The translations under genes and the position numbers were made by a program. A DNA stretch of 63,984 nt, counting the filler, from Choristocarpus tenellus KU-1152 (lineage: Eukaryota > Protista > Phaeophyceae), in the NCBI GenBank assembly GCA_964200185.2. It is 12 parts of 12 records of this genome, joined end to end, with 100 filler letters (N's around TTAATTAATTAA, not from the genome) between each part and the next. Parts side by side here need not be neighbours in the genome. Positions count along the whole stretch, not along the records: positions 45,695 to 52,527 come from CAXNAD020007253.1; positions 52,628 to 57,334 come from CAXNAD020013388.1; positions 57,435 to 61,349 come from CAXNAD020017172.1; positions 61,450 to 63,984 come from CAXNAD020026976.1; 8 more parts are not named here. One strand, written 5' to 3'. This document shows, in pieces, positions 50,340 through 62,299 of the stretch (position 1 is its first letter; each line of letters opens with the position of its first letter). The notes under the pieces were generated by a model that saw only the letters and a program-made list of their open reading frames with translations, was not told the DNA's origin and ran no database searches.

Positions 50340-50990
50340 CATGATGTACAACAACTATCACAGCTTCCTTCGAATGTCACTCTGCCATGAAGTATATTGC
50401 GTCGCCACCCACATACACACTTGTATCTCCTCTGTCGGTTGGTTGCCCTTCCCTTTGCCCCATCCCTCCACTGTCATCTTCTCAAAGTGACCAGTTCTTC
50501 TCCTTTCAACTTTTCTTCCGTTTTACATCTCCAAGCTTCTCAAACATCAGGGCCTTGGGAAGTCGCTCGTTCACCATATATGCGCAACTGATCCTGCGAA
50601 CAGGAGCCCCCATTTTTGCACTGCTGCGTTGATACTCTCACACGTAGTCATCGCAAGGGTATCTCCGTAGAACAGTGTACGATCGGTTTGTTCCTGATTG
50701 TGAAATCTGATCAAGCGTCCAAGAGGAATTGGTGGTGGTGAGACCAAAGCTTCATGCAGTGAAAACCCAAGTGTCCACGTTTTATAACCATGCAACAGGA
50801 CCTGAAGTACTTCAGCCTTGAGCATTCGGGTCCTAAGCCTGTGCGATACACGTGAGATCCTGTCATGGAGCACTATGGTGTAGTTGCGGAAACAACTCCA
50901 ATCTCAATGCAGGTATTACACGGAGTTACGTTCCTTAATCTACGTAGAACTCGAAATTCATATCTGATTCAACGCCACAACACTGACCTT
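50340..50990 (-). mobile_element. Non-LTR retrotransposon (RTE-like LINE) 3' relic
   Basis: LHDR..LRTRMLKAEVLQVLLHGYKTWTL..TDRTLFYGDTLAMTTCESINAAVQKWGLLFAGSVAH../ERLPKALMF matches the post-RT C-terminal region of RTE-clade LINEs (LKAEV.E.LLYGC.TWT..RKRRLLFAG.V.R..RLPK..MFG); frameshifted. Confidence 0.8.
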
Positions 50991-52220
50991 TCAATTCCAC
51001 CTTTAATCCTTCCAACCACTTTATCGTCTATTTTTGTGTTGGTGTCTGATTGTGTGACCCCTTTAGAGGTGACGTAACCAATTCTGTGTGTGTTGTGGGC
51101 CAACCATCTCTAGTTTTGTTTTTGGTCTTGGTGGCTATAGCAACATCATCACTGATGTTGGCTCGAACGGAGACAAAATGTCGGTTGTCTTTTAGTCCTG
51201 GTCCATCACACCAGAACTGGCATGGTGAGAAGAAGTTATTGATAAGCATTTTTTATTTTTTTTTATAAAAAACAAGATTACAGAATTAAGAATTACAACC
51301 AGAAAATAGGTCGATGACAGAAAAACATAAAACATGACCAAAGCACATATTCAGCATACCTACTTGCTACAATACGTGAGTTAAATAGTGAGAGAACTTA
51401 CCGTCCCATATGCCACGATCCCCTCAGACTGAATCCCACCTACTAGAGGTGGTTGGTAGTACGATATGCAGGTATAAGAGGTCAGTTTGGAAACCCCAAA
51501 AACCAGGCAGTTAAGAGAGCCAAGCGGAGAACCTCACAAAATCACAGAAGAAATTTGCCAAACCATTGAGAGGATATAACTACGCGATTCTTATAGAAAG
51601 ATATGTGACTTGTGGATGCTCTACTTTAAAGGAGAGGTTTCCTTAGCACATAACCAGGAAAAATAGGAAATTGAAGTAATCTCGCAAATACAAGGATCAA
51701 CAGCAACAAGGACCAGGCCACAGACGAGCCATAATCAGTCAAGGAGGCCGCAAGGGTGTTCCCTGTCTTCAAGGTCTCTTGAGGGGTAGCTCTTGGCATA
51801 GGCAACCAAGCAAACAGACCCTCCTCTCGTCTGACTGTATACAGAGACGCCAACAGGTCAATGTACTTACTCTGCTACATAGCACATACAGATACTGTCA
51901 CAGGGCATAGAGCCAGAAGTGCTGTGAGATAGGGCATTTCATGATAGATGCCCTAATTCCTTGGACGAGAGCCAGAAGGGCAGCCTTGAAAGACAGGTGA
52001 GATTCAAAGTGCAAAATACACCACATGGTTAGACATGTTACGCATTCTATCATTGGACAAGCAGTAGAATAATGGGAGGACTAGCACTTGCTGAAAATAA
52101 CCATTACATTTAATTTCATAAAACAAATATGGAGGACAGTAAAAAAGAACAGTTAACCAAAATGATCTGCAGTATGAATTGCCTATTAACTTCAGTGTAG
52201 ATAGTTCTAAGACCGCCACC

Positions 52221-52388
52221 AACTGTGTACATGAAGAAGAGAACACTATTGGATCGGTTCTGTCAAATACTTTGCCGCCTGTGAAAGAACTCATGTCAGA
52301 CTCCCTCCTCAAGAACTGTGTACATGAAGAAGAGAACACTATTGGATCGGTTCTGTCAAAGACTTTGCCGCCTGTGGAAGAACTCATG
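52221..52388. repeat. Direct duplication, 2 x about 75 bp with 93-bp period
   Basis: AACTGTGTACATGAAGAAGAGAACACTATTGGATCGGTTCTGTCAAA.ACTTTGCCGCCTGTG.AAGAACTCATG at 52221 and 52314. Confidence 0.9.
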
Positions 52389-52527
52389 GGTCAAAGTATC
52401 TGGGGGTGGGGTGTCGGCGTCCGTTTTTCAACTTTTTTGGGGTGATTTGGTCGCACGTGTCGGATTTGAAATGTCAGCAAAACAAAGAGTCGTTTGACCG
52501 AAACGGACGCCCCCTCACAAACCACCC
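52388..52527 (-). mobile_element. MITE family A variant subfamily, cut by contig end
   Basis: GGGTCAAAGTATCTGGGGG..GTCGGCGTCCG; the matching end is at 29591-29624 (GACGCCGGCA-polyC-AGATACTTTGACCC). Confidence 0.7.
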
Positions 52528-52846
52528 NNNNNNNNNNNNNNNNNNNNNNNNNNNNNNNNNNNNNNNNNNNNTTAATTAATTAANNNNNNNNNNNNNNNNN
52601 NNNNNNNNNNNNNNNNNNNNNNNNNNNCCCCCCACCCCCACAACAAAACAACCCCCCCGCCCCCCCCCCCCCTCGTTGTTTCCTACAACCTGCCCCCCCC
52701 CCCCCCCCAACCTCCAAATGAACATATCAAAACATCAAACAGAATGCACCCCCAGGACCACAGGAAAAAGGGAGAGCGGGGGTAGGGTGTGAGGGTACCA
52801 AAGGGGGAAGGAGGTGCACTTCTTCTTCTCTCACTCACTCACTCAC

Positions 52847-55746
52847 CACAGGAACTAATGGGGCGAGCTCCACCCTGAGCTTTCCAGAAAATCGAATCTT
52901 GGAGAGGGTGATCACCATGGGAACAGGTTTCACTCCTGCCTCCAGCACAACTTCAGCATCACTAGCCCACCGCATCTCCATTTCTAACACCACCATACCC
53001 TTCCTCATATCCAGCACACGCGCACCCACCACCTTTCACAAAAAAAAAGATTTTTTTTTACATTTTTTTCTACGGTGAATGAATGACTCTTGTACGATAA
53101 AATATTATACATACATATATATATATACAGCATTTAACACAAAATAAAAAAATTGCAATTTTGTCGCAGATGTGTCTATCCCCTTTGCCCCATAATCATA
53201 CATGCCACTACTGGAGTTACATTATGAACTATATTGTTTGATATTGGTATATTACACAGAACATGCAGGTAGTTGCTTCCCCCCCTCCAAAAGGCTAAAA
53301 ACTATATTTTTTGTAATATTACATTCATTCTCGAATATTCACACTACACAACAGTACCATTCTTCCATCATTCTTTATTTCATTTTGGTGCCATTTGTCA
53401 ACTCCCTTCCAAGTCAAGCTCTGGCATACAACATTGTATCCACAAGAGTCAGACTATACAACATGCCCCTTTAGGCACTGGTCCCAAAATAACACCACGT
53501 GTTACTTAATACAGTAGAACATACTGACAGACTAAACAATAAGGTATCTGATGTGATCCAAACAAATAGTCAAAGAACACACACACACAACACACACAGA
53601 GATCTCTTCAACTACGCAACCAAGTGCAAGCGCACACACACCTTAGGAGCCTTGGACCCAAGAGATACAGTGCGGAACCCAAGAGCTGTAACGCCTGCTG
53701 GTTTGTAAGACTCCAGAAGCGGCTCCACCGATGTCTTTACGATCTCCTTCACTGCACCGGATGCAGGCACCCACAACTGCAAAGCAATATATTTTTTTTG
53801 GGGGGGGGAGGTTCAGGGCTCAAGAGCTCTACATTCCTATCAATGCTATTTGTACCGGAGTTTACACAGGCACTGTTCACCCTAAACCCTAGAATGAACA
53901 ACCCACACCTAAGCCCTGCGTTCCCTCCAATAACCTCCACTGCCGTTCACACCAGACTCAATTCCCTCTCAACACACGCCCCTTCCCCAGTCATACGAAC
54001 TCCCAAGATAACCACACACAAGTTTCAGAGCATACAAGCATACCATCATCTGCAGCACTACAGCATTCTCATCACACACACGTACCATGCAACTATCACT
54101 AAGCTCACTGCACCAGTATATAAAGAGTGTACATATGTTAGAAAAAAAGGTATTTCTCATTTACCTTCTGTAGTATCTTGTTTATCCACTCTACACGCTC
54201 TACCTCGGAGTCAGTATACCAAGCCGGCAGGAACGAAGTCACCTGCTTCAGCACCTGCATTCGCCATAGTAGATGCACAGTGATGATGGGGGGGGGGGAG
54301 AGGGGGGCACAAACAGATACCACAATCCACAATGGACAGTTACATGAGTATGCTTAGGAGCAACAAGAATAGACACAAAAGCTATGCATGGCATGGAGAC
54401 AGGGGGAGGAAGTGAAGGGATGAATCTGGGGGCAGGGGGAGGCACTACAGAATGAGCAGTACGCATTATACACACATAGATGTTCTCCTTCAAGCATCCA
54501 ATTCAAACAAATATCGCAACACTACCTTCAATTCAACTCACGCTCTTTGCAGTACTCCAGAAACAGGAAAAGTAATATAAATACAGCATATATATACATG
54601 TATGTATACATTCCTGGCTGTACAGGAGATAACTTACCATTCGTGTATCTCTACCCTTTACAACCGAGCAATAAGAAAATAGTTTGTGGGTAAACTATGT
54701 CGCCATACTTCTCTGTAGCAAAACTGGCGTTCACACACACCAAACCAAAATAAACAAATCCTCTGCCCTCTCATTGCCAGCACCCACTTCACCACCATCA
54801 CCCCCAAGACGTTACATTCCTCCAGCTCACAACAGGGACACCCAACAGCTCAAAACTTAGAAATAGTAACCGTATGCATGTCCATGTGCATGTGTGAAAC
54901 ACCGATAGCCCACAGTGGTTCCATTGTCCACATGCAAACATGCAAGTCAACATCAGCACCATAAATAGGGTTTCAGTTGTCAACAGTACAGTATGACTAA
55001 GAATTAAACAACTAACTCCTAATCGTGCATACTCAACTCCTTGTACTGTTCCAGGCAAATGAACCACATCAAACAACCCCGTGACAGCTGATTTACAACA
55101 CACAACTAAAAAGGGGAAAAAAATAAAATAATCCGGATTAGAGGGACACAGCCTTCCTGTGAACGCCATGCCATCTCTATTAAAAACCCTGGCCAGCAGA
55201 GCACAGGGCGAAACAAACGCACCACAAACGCCACCTAGCAAAACCGTCCCAATCCATTACAACTCCGACTCCAACAGTTTGAAACACAAACCTGGCACAA
55301 TATCATGGAATGATCCTCTCCCGGAATGATTTAACATTGAGTATGCTTTTACTACCCTCCACCACAAAATGAACATTGCCACATATCACTACCAAAACCT
55401 AACAAAGAAAAACGTCCCAGATTCTACCCCCCTCCCCCACACCCCCGCTCACCTTTGCATCTGTCACAATACCCATTGCCACTCCAGTATCTGCCTTGTC
55501 CTTGACATGCTGTAGATAGCTCACCATCATCACAGCCAACATCATACACAACCACAGTGGCACCTCAAACCATGCAACAGCCACCGGGATCGCTGCCAGA
55601 GGAAGATACCATGAAGGCCCAAAGGACCACGCATCATAATCCTCGTGAACCTGGCGCATACGCTTCACGGCCTCTGCCCTCTCTCTGGCAGCAGTTCCGC
55701 CTCCTCCCTTACGCTTACTAGTGCCAGATAAACTTTGGTCAGAGAT
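52847..55746 (-). CDS. Extended-synaptotagmin/tricalbin-like region: hydrophobic hairpin + SMP (TULIP) domain; exons about 55746(or 55732/55717)-55453, 54254-54165, 53776-53642, 53032-52847; 3'-truncated
   Basis: WYLPLAAIPVAVAWFEVPLWLCMMLAVMMVSYL hairpin, then VLKQVTSFLPAWYTDSEVERVEWINKILQK|LWVPASGAVKEIVKTSVEPLLESYKPAGVTALGFRTVSLGSKAPK|VVGARV..VLEMEMRWASDAEVVL..LSKIRFSGKLRVELAPLVPV. This is the SMP signature (LP.W..D.ERV.W.N..L..W..LG..P..RW..I.F.G..R..L.PL). All three internal introns are phase 0. Confidence 0.88.
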
Positions 55747-56600
55747 CTGCTCTCACACCAGAGACCAAAAAGGGGGGGACAAGTAAGAGGATCAGCCACA
55801 GAGGCTGAGAGTAGAGCATGTTTCATGTTTCATGTTTCATGTTTCATCAAGCATACGCCACGCCCATGCACACGTCTATTCGTTATGGTTACGTCGACCA
55901 AACGGTGGCTTGTCCAACATTACAGTTGGGAAACAGGAGGCGTGTATTGTACTCTCCCCGCGACCTGATTGGCTCAAGAGTTAATTGAGGCTAGGCCTAG
56001 GGCTAGGGCTAGGGCTAGGGCAGCAGAAAGCTTTCGTGATCTCACCACTCCAATGGCACCAAATTGGCATACAAAACATAACCGTACTACACACTAGGCC
56101 GCATCCGGCTACAAACATATGCCGCAAACACGGCGGGCGATATTTTTCTTGAACGCACGAGCCAATCAATCAACTGTCAAAAATACTTACGGCGCCCACA
56201 CCACAAAACAAGAGGGCGCCCTATCAGAACCATTTCCCATTCCCCAATGGAAGAAAAGAAAAGAAAAGAAAAGAAAAGAAAAAGAAAAGTGGTGCATACA
56301 CGCAGGCATACTGTACTGTACTGTACTGTACTGAGTGTGTAAGGTGTACTACAGCAATCCAACACCGAACACACTCACTATTTCATTACCCACGATGTAT
56401 GTCACAGCCCGTCCTCCTTATTGGCATCAAGAGTGCTACCGTAGCGCTCCAGAGCACCCCACAAGAATAATAAAAAAACAAAATCTGAAGTATCGCAATA
56501 GGGAACGCCCAACCCCCCTTCCCCCCCCCCCCCAAAACAACACCCAAACAACCAAAAAAAAAAAAAACAAACCCCCACACCTAACCCCCCGCGCCTGTAC

Positions 56601-56737
56601 TTGGTGGCCTCATCCACACGTTTCATGTGTTCCACTGCCTGCCCCTCCTTCACTTTCAAAGGCATATCATCGACCATACCCGCAACGATGACCTTCAGCG
56701 CTAGCAACAAGTGCTCAGCCACAACTGCAATCAAAAT
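56601..56737 (-). CDS. Anoctamin/TMEM16 final transmembrane exon (5' part of the gene is beyond the contig end)
   Basis: Acceptor tatgtcag|ATT then ILIAVVAEHLLLALKVIVAGMVDDMPLKVKEGQAVEHMKR, matching the TMEM16 TM10 signature hhhhEHhhhhhKhhh.hhpD.P..V. Confidence 0.72.
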
Positions 56738-57434
56738 CTGACATACAGACCAGGGTAGTTCAAAGATTGAGGTGTGTATCGGAATGTACGTGAGGGTGTG
56801 TGTGAGGGTGTGTCATGGGACAAGTTATTTTACAGCAGCAGCAACAGCAGTAGCAAAGCCCTGAAAAGAATCCTTGCTCAGTATCACGAGGGATTCAATA
56901 TTTGGGAGGGGATAGAGGGGTGCAGGAAAGGAGGGCCTGCGCATGTGGGGTATCTAGAGCCCTATACCTTCCACCATTACATTTGATTTCAAGGGAAATC
57001 GCATCCCATTATCAACAGCAACGGCAAAAGGATACACTCCACTCGCCGCAAACAGCACAAGATGAAACTGTTAAAATTGGATTAATTAATTAAACTATTA
57101 AGTTGGAAACCATGCTACACAGAATGTATGTAGTACCAACATAGTGTACAGTAACAAGAGTATACTGCAGGGCGATTCCTGAGAGGGTGACAAAAAAAAC
57201 ATACGATTCTATACCATCAAAAGGGGCATTTTTTTCAAATTTGAAAAATAAAACGAAACAATCAACAAGATGATCCCCCCCCCCTTCCCCCCATTAACCT
57301 ACTACTTTCGAACACAATCGTATTTTCACTCCTGNNNNNNNNNNNNNNNNNNNNNNNNNNNNNNNNNNNNNNNNNNNNTTAATTAATTAANNNNNNNNNN
57401 NNNNNNNNNNNNNNNNNNNNNNNNNNNNNNNNNN

Positions 57435-59200
57435 GGAATACTATGGGATGCGCGTAGCGCATTGGAACCTTATGGGCTTGGGGCTCTTTGAAAACTGATC
57501 GCTTTACCGTTCGACAGAACACATCAAGCTCCTTCATTACTGTCTGCCCTATGTCAAGTGTGGCGTCGTCAAGTGGGGACAATATAGCTGGGAATGTTTA
57601 TCCCACCTTCAACTTGTAGGTGTGCGTGAACCGCCCGCTGTTCTTGAGGGATTCGATGGTGGCCTCCGGGTTAGCGTACCACAGCACATTGAACATGTGA
57701 ACCACTCTGAAGTCGAATTTGTCCTGGTCAGGTGCGCATTGGGTGTGTGGAGGATAATGTAATATTATCAGGACAGAAGAACGTGGGAGTGGGAGTGGGT
57801 TTGTTGGTTAATGGCGTATGTCATAAGGTCGATAGCATTAACAATGTATGAAACGTCATTTCAAGCTCAGTATTGGAAGGCAGGGGTTACTACGGTGTTG
57901 TTGAACCGTTAGTGATGGAGTATTGGATCTACTATTGTGGATACGGGTGCATTGCGCTTACACTTCGACCATATCGCGCTTCTTGTGCTCTCTCCACATA
58001 CCGAGAAGGATCTCCTCCAGTTCTTTTGTCTCTGGTGGAAAATAGTGAGGGGAAGAGAGGGATGGGGTATGTAGGACCACCCACATGGAATTAATATGGA
58101 TATATGCGACGAAAGGTACCCGATGCTTCACAATCGTTTCGCGAATCGTTCCCTGTTGAAGGAGCCGTGAGAATCTCACCTTCTCCCGCACATATGTAGA
58201 CAAGGGTGGCGATCTCATTGAAGAATTGGACGGAGGTCTGGTTGATGAGTCTATTACACCGGCTTCCATATATGTGTCCTCCCAAGCTTGTTTGAGGAAT
58301 GCCTTTATCTTTTGCATCTACCCTCCTTTTCACAGCCGTCTGTAACGCGGCGTCGGCACTCCAGAAGTCTATGTCACCTAGACAGTACTGGTTACACTTG
58401 GTGACCAGTGTCGCCATGCGTGCGCGACGATCAGGGTCCTCTTCCATTTCCCGGACTTAGAGGTGGGACCTGTCGCAACTGAAGTCGCGCCTATACTCCA
58501 GGATAGCGGCAACCCAAGACACCATCCAATGGAATATGTCTAGGATGTTTGGCACATACGATCGGCAGACTGCAACGCTCTCTCCTGTGGAGATTGATTC
58601 CGTCTTCTCCCGGCTGCAATGTGGTGGATATATCTTCCACATGAAGCTCCTATGGTTAGCCATCTGGAGGTTTGCTCCTACTTCCGACGCCCATCGAGTT
58701 GTCACATGGGACGGGAGGTTGATACCACAAGGCACTTTGTCCTCTTTGGCGACGCACTCAATCGCCCTGAACACCATAACGCGGTATTGTCCATTGAGAA
58801 AAAATAATAGATTGTCGTCACCCTCTATGTCCCTATCGTCGTCATTATGGTCCACGCCCAAGCTTTTATTAGCGATATAAATATCCAATCAGTTCCCTGT
58901 CTGGCACACTGGAGGGCACGTTTGCCCTGCACATGTCGGCTTTGATGTCGCTTATGGTCTTCCATCTCGAGCACAGGGGAAAAGGCTGCCCTCAGGATCC
59001 CCGCGAGCCTATCGGCGACAACCTGTGGGTCCGGCCCCAGCTTCGAGAACATAGACTCCACTCTAGCGTTGTCAAGAAGGTTGGCGTTCTATCTCTGTGT
59101 CAAGAAGTCAGATGTGGCAAGGTCCGTCGTACACATCGTGCAGAGGTTTGACGTTATCAGGTCTGTGATCTTTTGGTGTTCAAGAGTCCCCGAGCCTCTG
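57435..59200 (-). pseudogene. Degenerate large ORF of unrecognised family, copy 2
   Basis: Fragments 58825-59061, 58457-58888, 58091-58447, 57958-58317 and 57435-57730 are in collinear order with copy 1 at 39510-41500; stops and frameshifts throughout. Confidence 0.6.
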
Positions 59201-59284
59201 GCCAGCTGTCTCTGTTAAGGTATAGGGTAAAATGTTAGGACAACGGTATCAGCAAAGAAGAATGATATCGACGAAGGTGTGGAT

Positions 59285-59639
59285 GACCCAAAGTATGTTA
59301 GAGGGTAGAGCCGAGTCCATTTGGGGGCCAAAATACAGTGTTACAATTTTGATGTGATTTTGGCTAAAATATTTGTTAGGAAATGTCAATATCCATGTTC
59401 CGACTCACCTTTTCGTAACGTACGCACTTTACCTACTCCGAAACATTTTGGAATAGGAAAATGTGATTAAAAAGACGATGGGAAAAACAAACACGATGGC
59501 CAAAGTTACATCAAAATTGCAACATTTGATTTTGGTCCCAAATGGACGCGGCTCTACCCTCTAAGATAATTCGACTCGGAAGCAAAGCCCCAAATGGACA
59601 AACAGGACAATACTCGTACCATCTAAGATACTTTCACTC
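59285..59639 (+). mobile_element. MITE family B with 3-bp TSD GAT and an internal inverted extra terminus
   Basis: GAT|GACCCAAAGTATGTTAGAGGGTAG ... TACCATCTAAGATACTTTCACTC|GAT; internal inverted left-end copy at about 59485-59577. Confidence 0.85.
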
Positions 59640-59959
59640 GATGCAATGATTAGCCGAGTGCATCAAGGGTGTCTTTATACGAACAAGTGACGGACTATGT
59701 GATTAATGATGACGGGGTCTATACGGAGTGCAGGGTTCTTGTCCATGCGTGGGCTATGCAAACGAGATATGGAAAGGGTGTAGCGATGCCGTGGAAATGA
59801 GGACAGTATAATCCTTTCCTCAAAGGTCGCTATTTACTAAGAAATATGAAGCTGTTAACCCAGTCGATATGGGATGAATATGAATATGCATACGCACCAA
59901 TATCGGACGAAGTCGTTCTGGTAGGATTTACGCGCCGACCAAGGTAACATATATCGAGA

Positions 59960-60570
59960 GCAATCGTGCACAGGTTTGTGCTTGACATAGGGCAGGCAAT
60001 AATGAATGTATTTCATGTGTTCTGTCGAACGGTAGATGCCATCAATATCCAAAGCGCGGCAAGACTGTTGGGGGGTGCGTGTGTCAATTTGAAATAGTAA
60101 TCCTGAGCAGGAAAACATTACGTCGAACCGAGAAAGTGAAAGATGATAAAAGGTACTTAGATGCTGACCCAGGTTGGATGTCGGGAGGGCAATCATGCGC
60201 AGGTTTGTCCTTGACATATGGCAGCCAGTGATGAGTGAATTTTATGATGAGTGAATTTTATGTGTTCTGTCGAACGGTAAAGGCCATCAATTTCCAAAGC
60301 GCGGCGAGACGGTGGAGGGTGTGTGTGTCCATTTGAAATAGTAACAACCTGAGCAGATAAACATCACATCGAACTGAGAAAGTGATAGATAAAGATGAAA
60401 GGTACTTAGTCGCTGACCCGGGTTGGATGTTGGTAGGGCAATCATGCGCAGGTTTGTGCTTGACACAAGGCTGATAATAATGAACGAATTTGATTTGTTC
60501 TGTCGAACGCTAAAGGCCTACAAATTCCAAAGCACGGCAATACAGTTTGGGGGTGTGTATGTACATTTCC
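59960..60570 (+). repeat. Tandem triplication (periods 229 and 249 bp) of a coding-like module
   Basis: CAGGTTTGT.CTTGACA..ATGA..TTTT..TGTTCTGTCGAACG.TA..CCAAAGC.CGGC at 59971, 60200, 60449. Confidence 0.88.
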
Positions 60571-62054
60571 GATTTGATCCTTATCGGAAAATGTTCGAAT
60601 GGTATCGTAGCCCTTACACGCGCGTATCGAAGGTCATCCTGGACGGACCGATGTTGTGGTGCTTGAAATTGCATGGTGGAATCTTGCTTCTATTTTGGAT
60701 CAGTTGTCTGATTACTCCCAACAAAAAGTGACAGCAACACATGTTCCAATTTCGGAAAAAGGTTCAGCCGAATTCGCTGTAGTCATTTCGTATTAGAGTC
60801 GTTCAATTTATTCTACGATGACATTTTGATCCGAGGTGAAATCTGCAAATGGCGGTTTGGATTAGTGTTGAAAATTTAGGTGATTTATTTTTGTCAGGGG
60901 CTAGGGTTGGTATCATGGGTGCTGGTCGAAATATCTTAGTGGTAGGGCCGCGTTCATTTTGCGACCGAATTCAAATGTTGCTTTTTTGCTGTCATTCTTG
61001 CCCTCATTATTGTTTGGATATGTAATATCCTTTTTCCGAACACTCCTTTCCATAAGTGTAGACATTGTAAATCTCCAAATATTTTGGAGTAAGTACAAAG
61101 TCCTTGAAAACTCGTGACCAGCCAAGTCCCAAAGGACAGACAGGAAAAAACTCGCGCCCTCTAACGTAGAGCATCGAATCTAATATTATTAGTATCGCAA
61201 CCATTGACAGGTGTTGTGTACACTGTTGTAAAGGCAAAAAATGCAGGGCATCGAATCTGAAAATGCTTGTATATTGACAGATAACAGCCGATTTCAAAAA
61301 TTGAGGATGGAGCTTTTCATCGAGGATGAGCTTTACCCAAAATTGACTGNNNNNNNNNNNNNNNNNNNNNNNNNNNNNNNNNNNNNNNNNNNNTTAATTA
61401 ATTAANNNNNNNNNNNNNNNNNNNNNNNNNNNNNNNNNNNNNNNNNNNNGCGTATGCAATCAAATAACCCAAAAATCGCGACATGAAAAATTTGACCCCA
61501 AGTGGACAGCCGCCACCCCCTCCCAGATACTTTGAGCCATTACCACATACATTAGGGAGATACTACAAGGTCACGAAAAAGAATTATGGGCCTAAACATA
61601 AATAGATTTGTGAACATTGTGTTTGTTGATCCTTGCTACTGCCTGAAAGAAGAATACTGGAGAGAAGGAGTTATTATCGTGGAAATGTTTCAATAGCTTT
61701 ATGCAGGGGGTCAATCAGATCAGCAGGGTTGTTCCTGATTTTCAAAAGAGACGAAGTTGGGTTTGGGGGGGGGTTGCTTGTGATATCTTCAATTATGAAG
61801 TACCCACAGTACTACTTCTAACACTGTTCATGTAGACAACACTGGTAGCGGCCCCACTAATACTAGTGAGCACACTCTCGCTTCTTGTCAATCCTACTTA
61901 GGAGAACCCAGTAGTAAGGGAAAATGATTCCAAACAATCTGTCTCTAGATGTCATCCAACACCTCCTCCACCTCCTCGTTGTCACCATCAAGAACCTCCT
62001 ACTTCTCTTGCCAGCTTGCGATCCACAGCTGCCTTTCTTACTCCAATTCACCGA

Positions 62055-62299
62055 GAACCAAAGTAAACGATAGGTACCCAGGTTTTGGGCGTTTTGAATT
62101 TCAAGCCAAATTTTCCATCTTTTAAAATTCACTTAAGTTCTAAGATTGACTTGACAGCGCCGAGTTTTCTATTATTTGAAAAAATGAAACTGAATTAAGA
62201 AAATTCCCTGTGTGCACTTGCACAGCAAGCCGGAATTTGGACATTTGTGTCAACATCCTCTAAAATGCAACCCTGGGTACCTCTTGTTTACTTTGACTC
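62055..62299 (+). mobile_element. MITE family C, full copy
   Basis: GAACCAAAGTAAACGATAGGTACCCAGG ... CCTGGGTACCTCTTGTTTACTTTGACTC. Confidence 0.85.

Noticed and set aside
53624-54283. 219-aa plus-strand ORF
   Set aside because: Antisense to SMP exons and intron; low-complexity shadow frame.
11393-61449. Recurring TTAATTAATTAA flanked by Ns as a biological repeat, and any gene clustering across it
   Set aside because: Exact 44N+12+44N structure with six-frame stops is an assembly linker; contig order is arbitrary.
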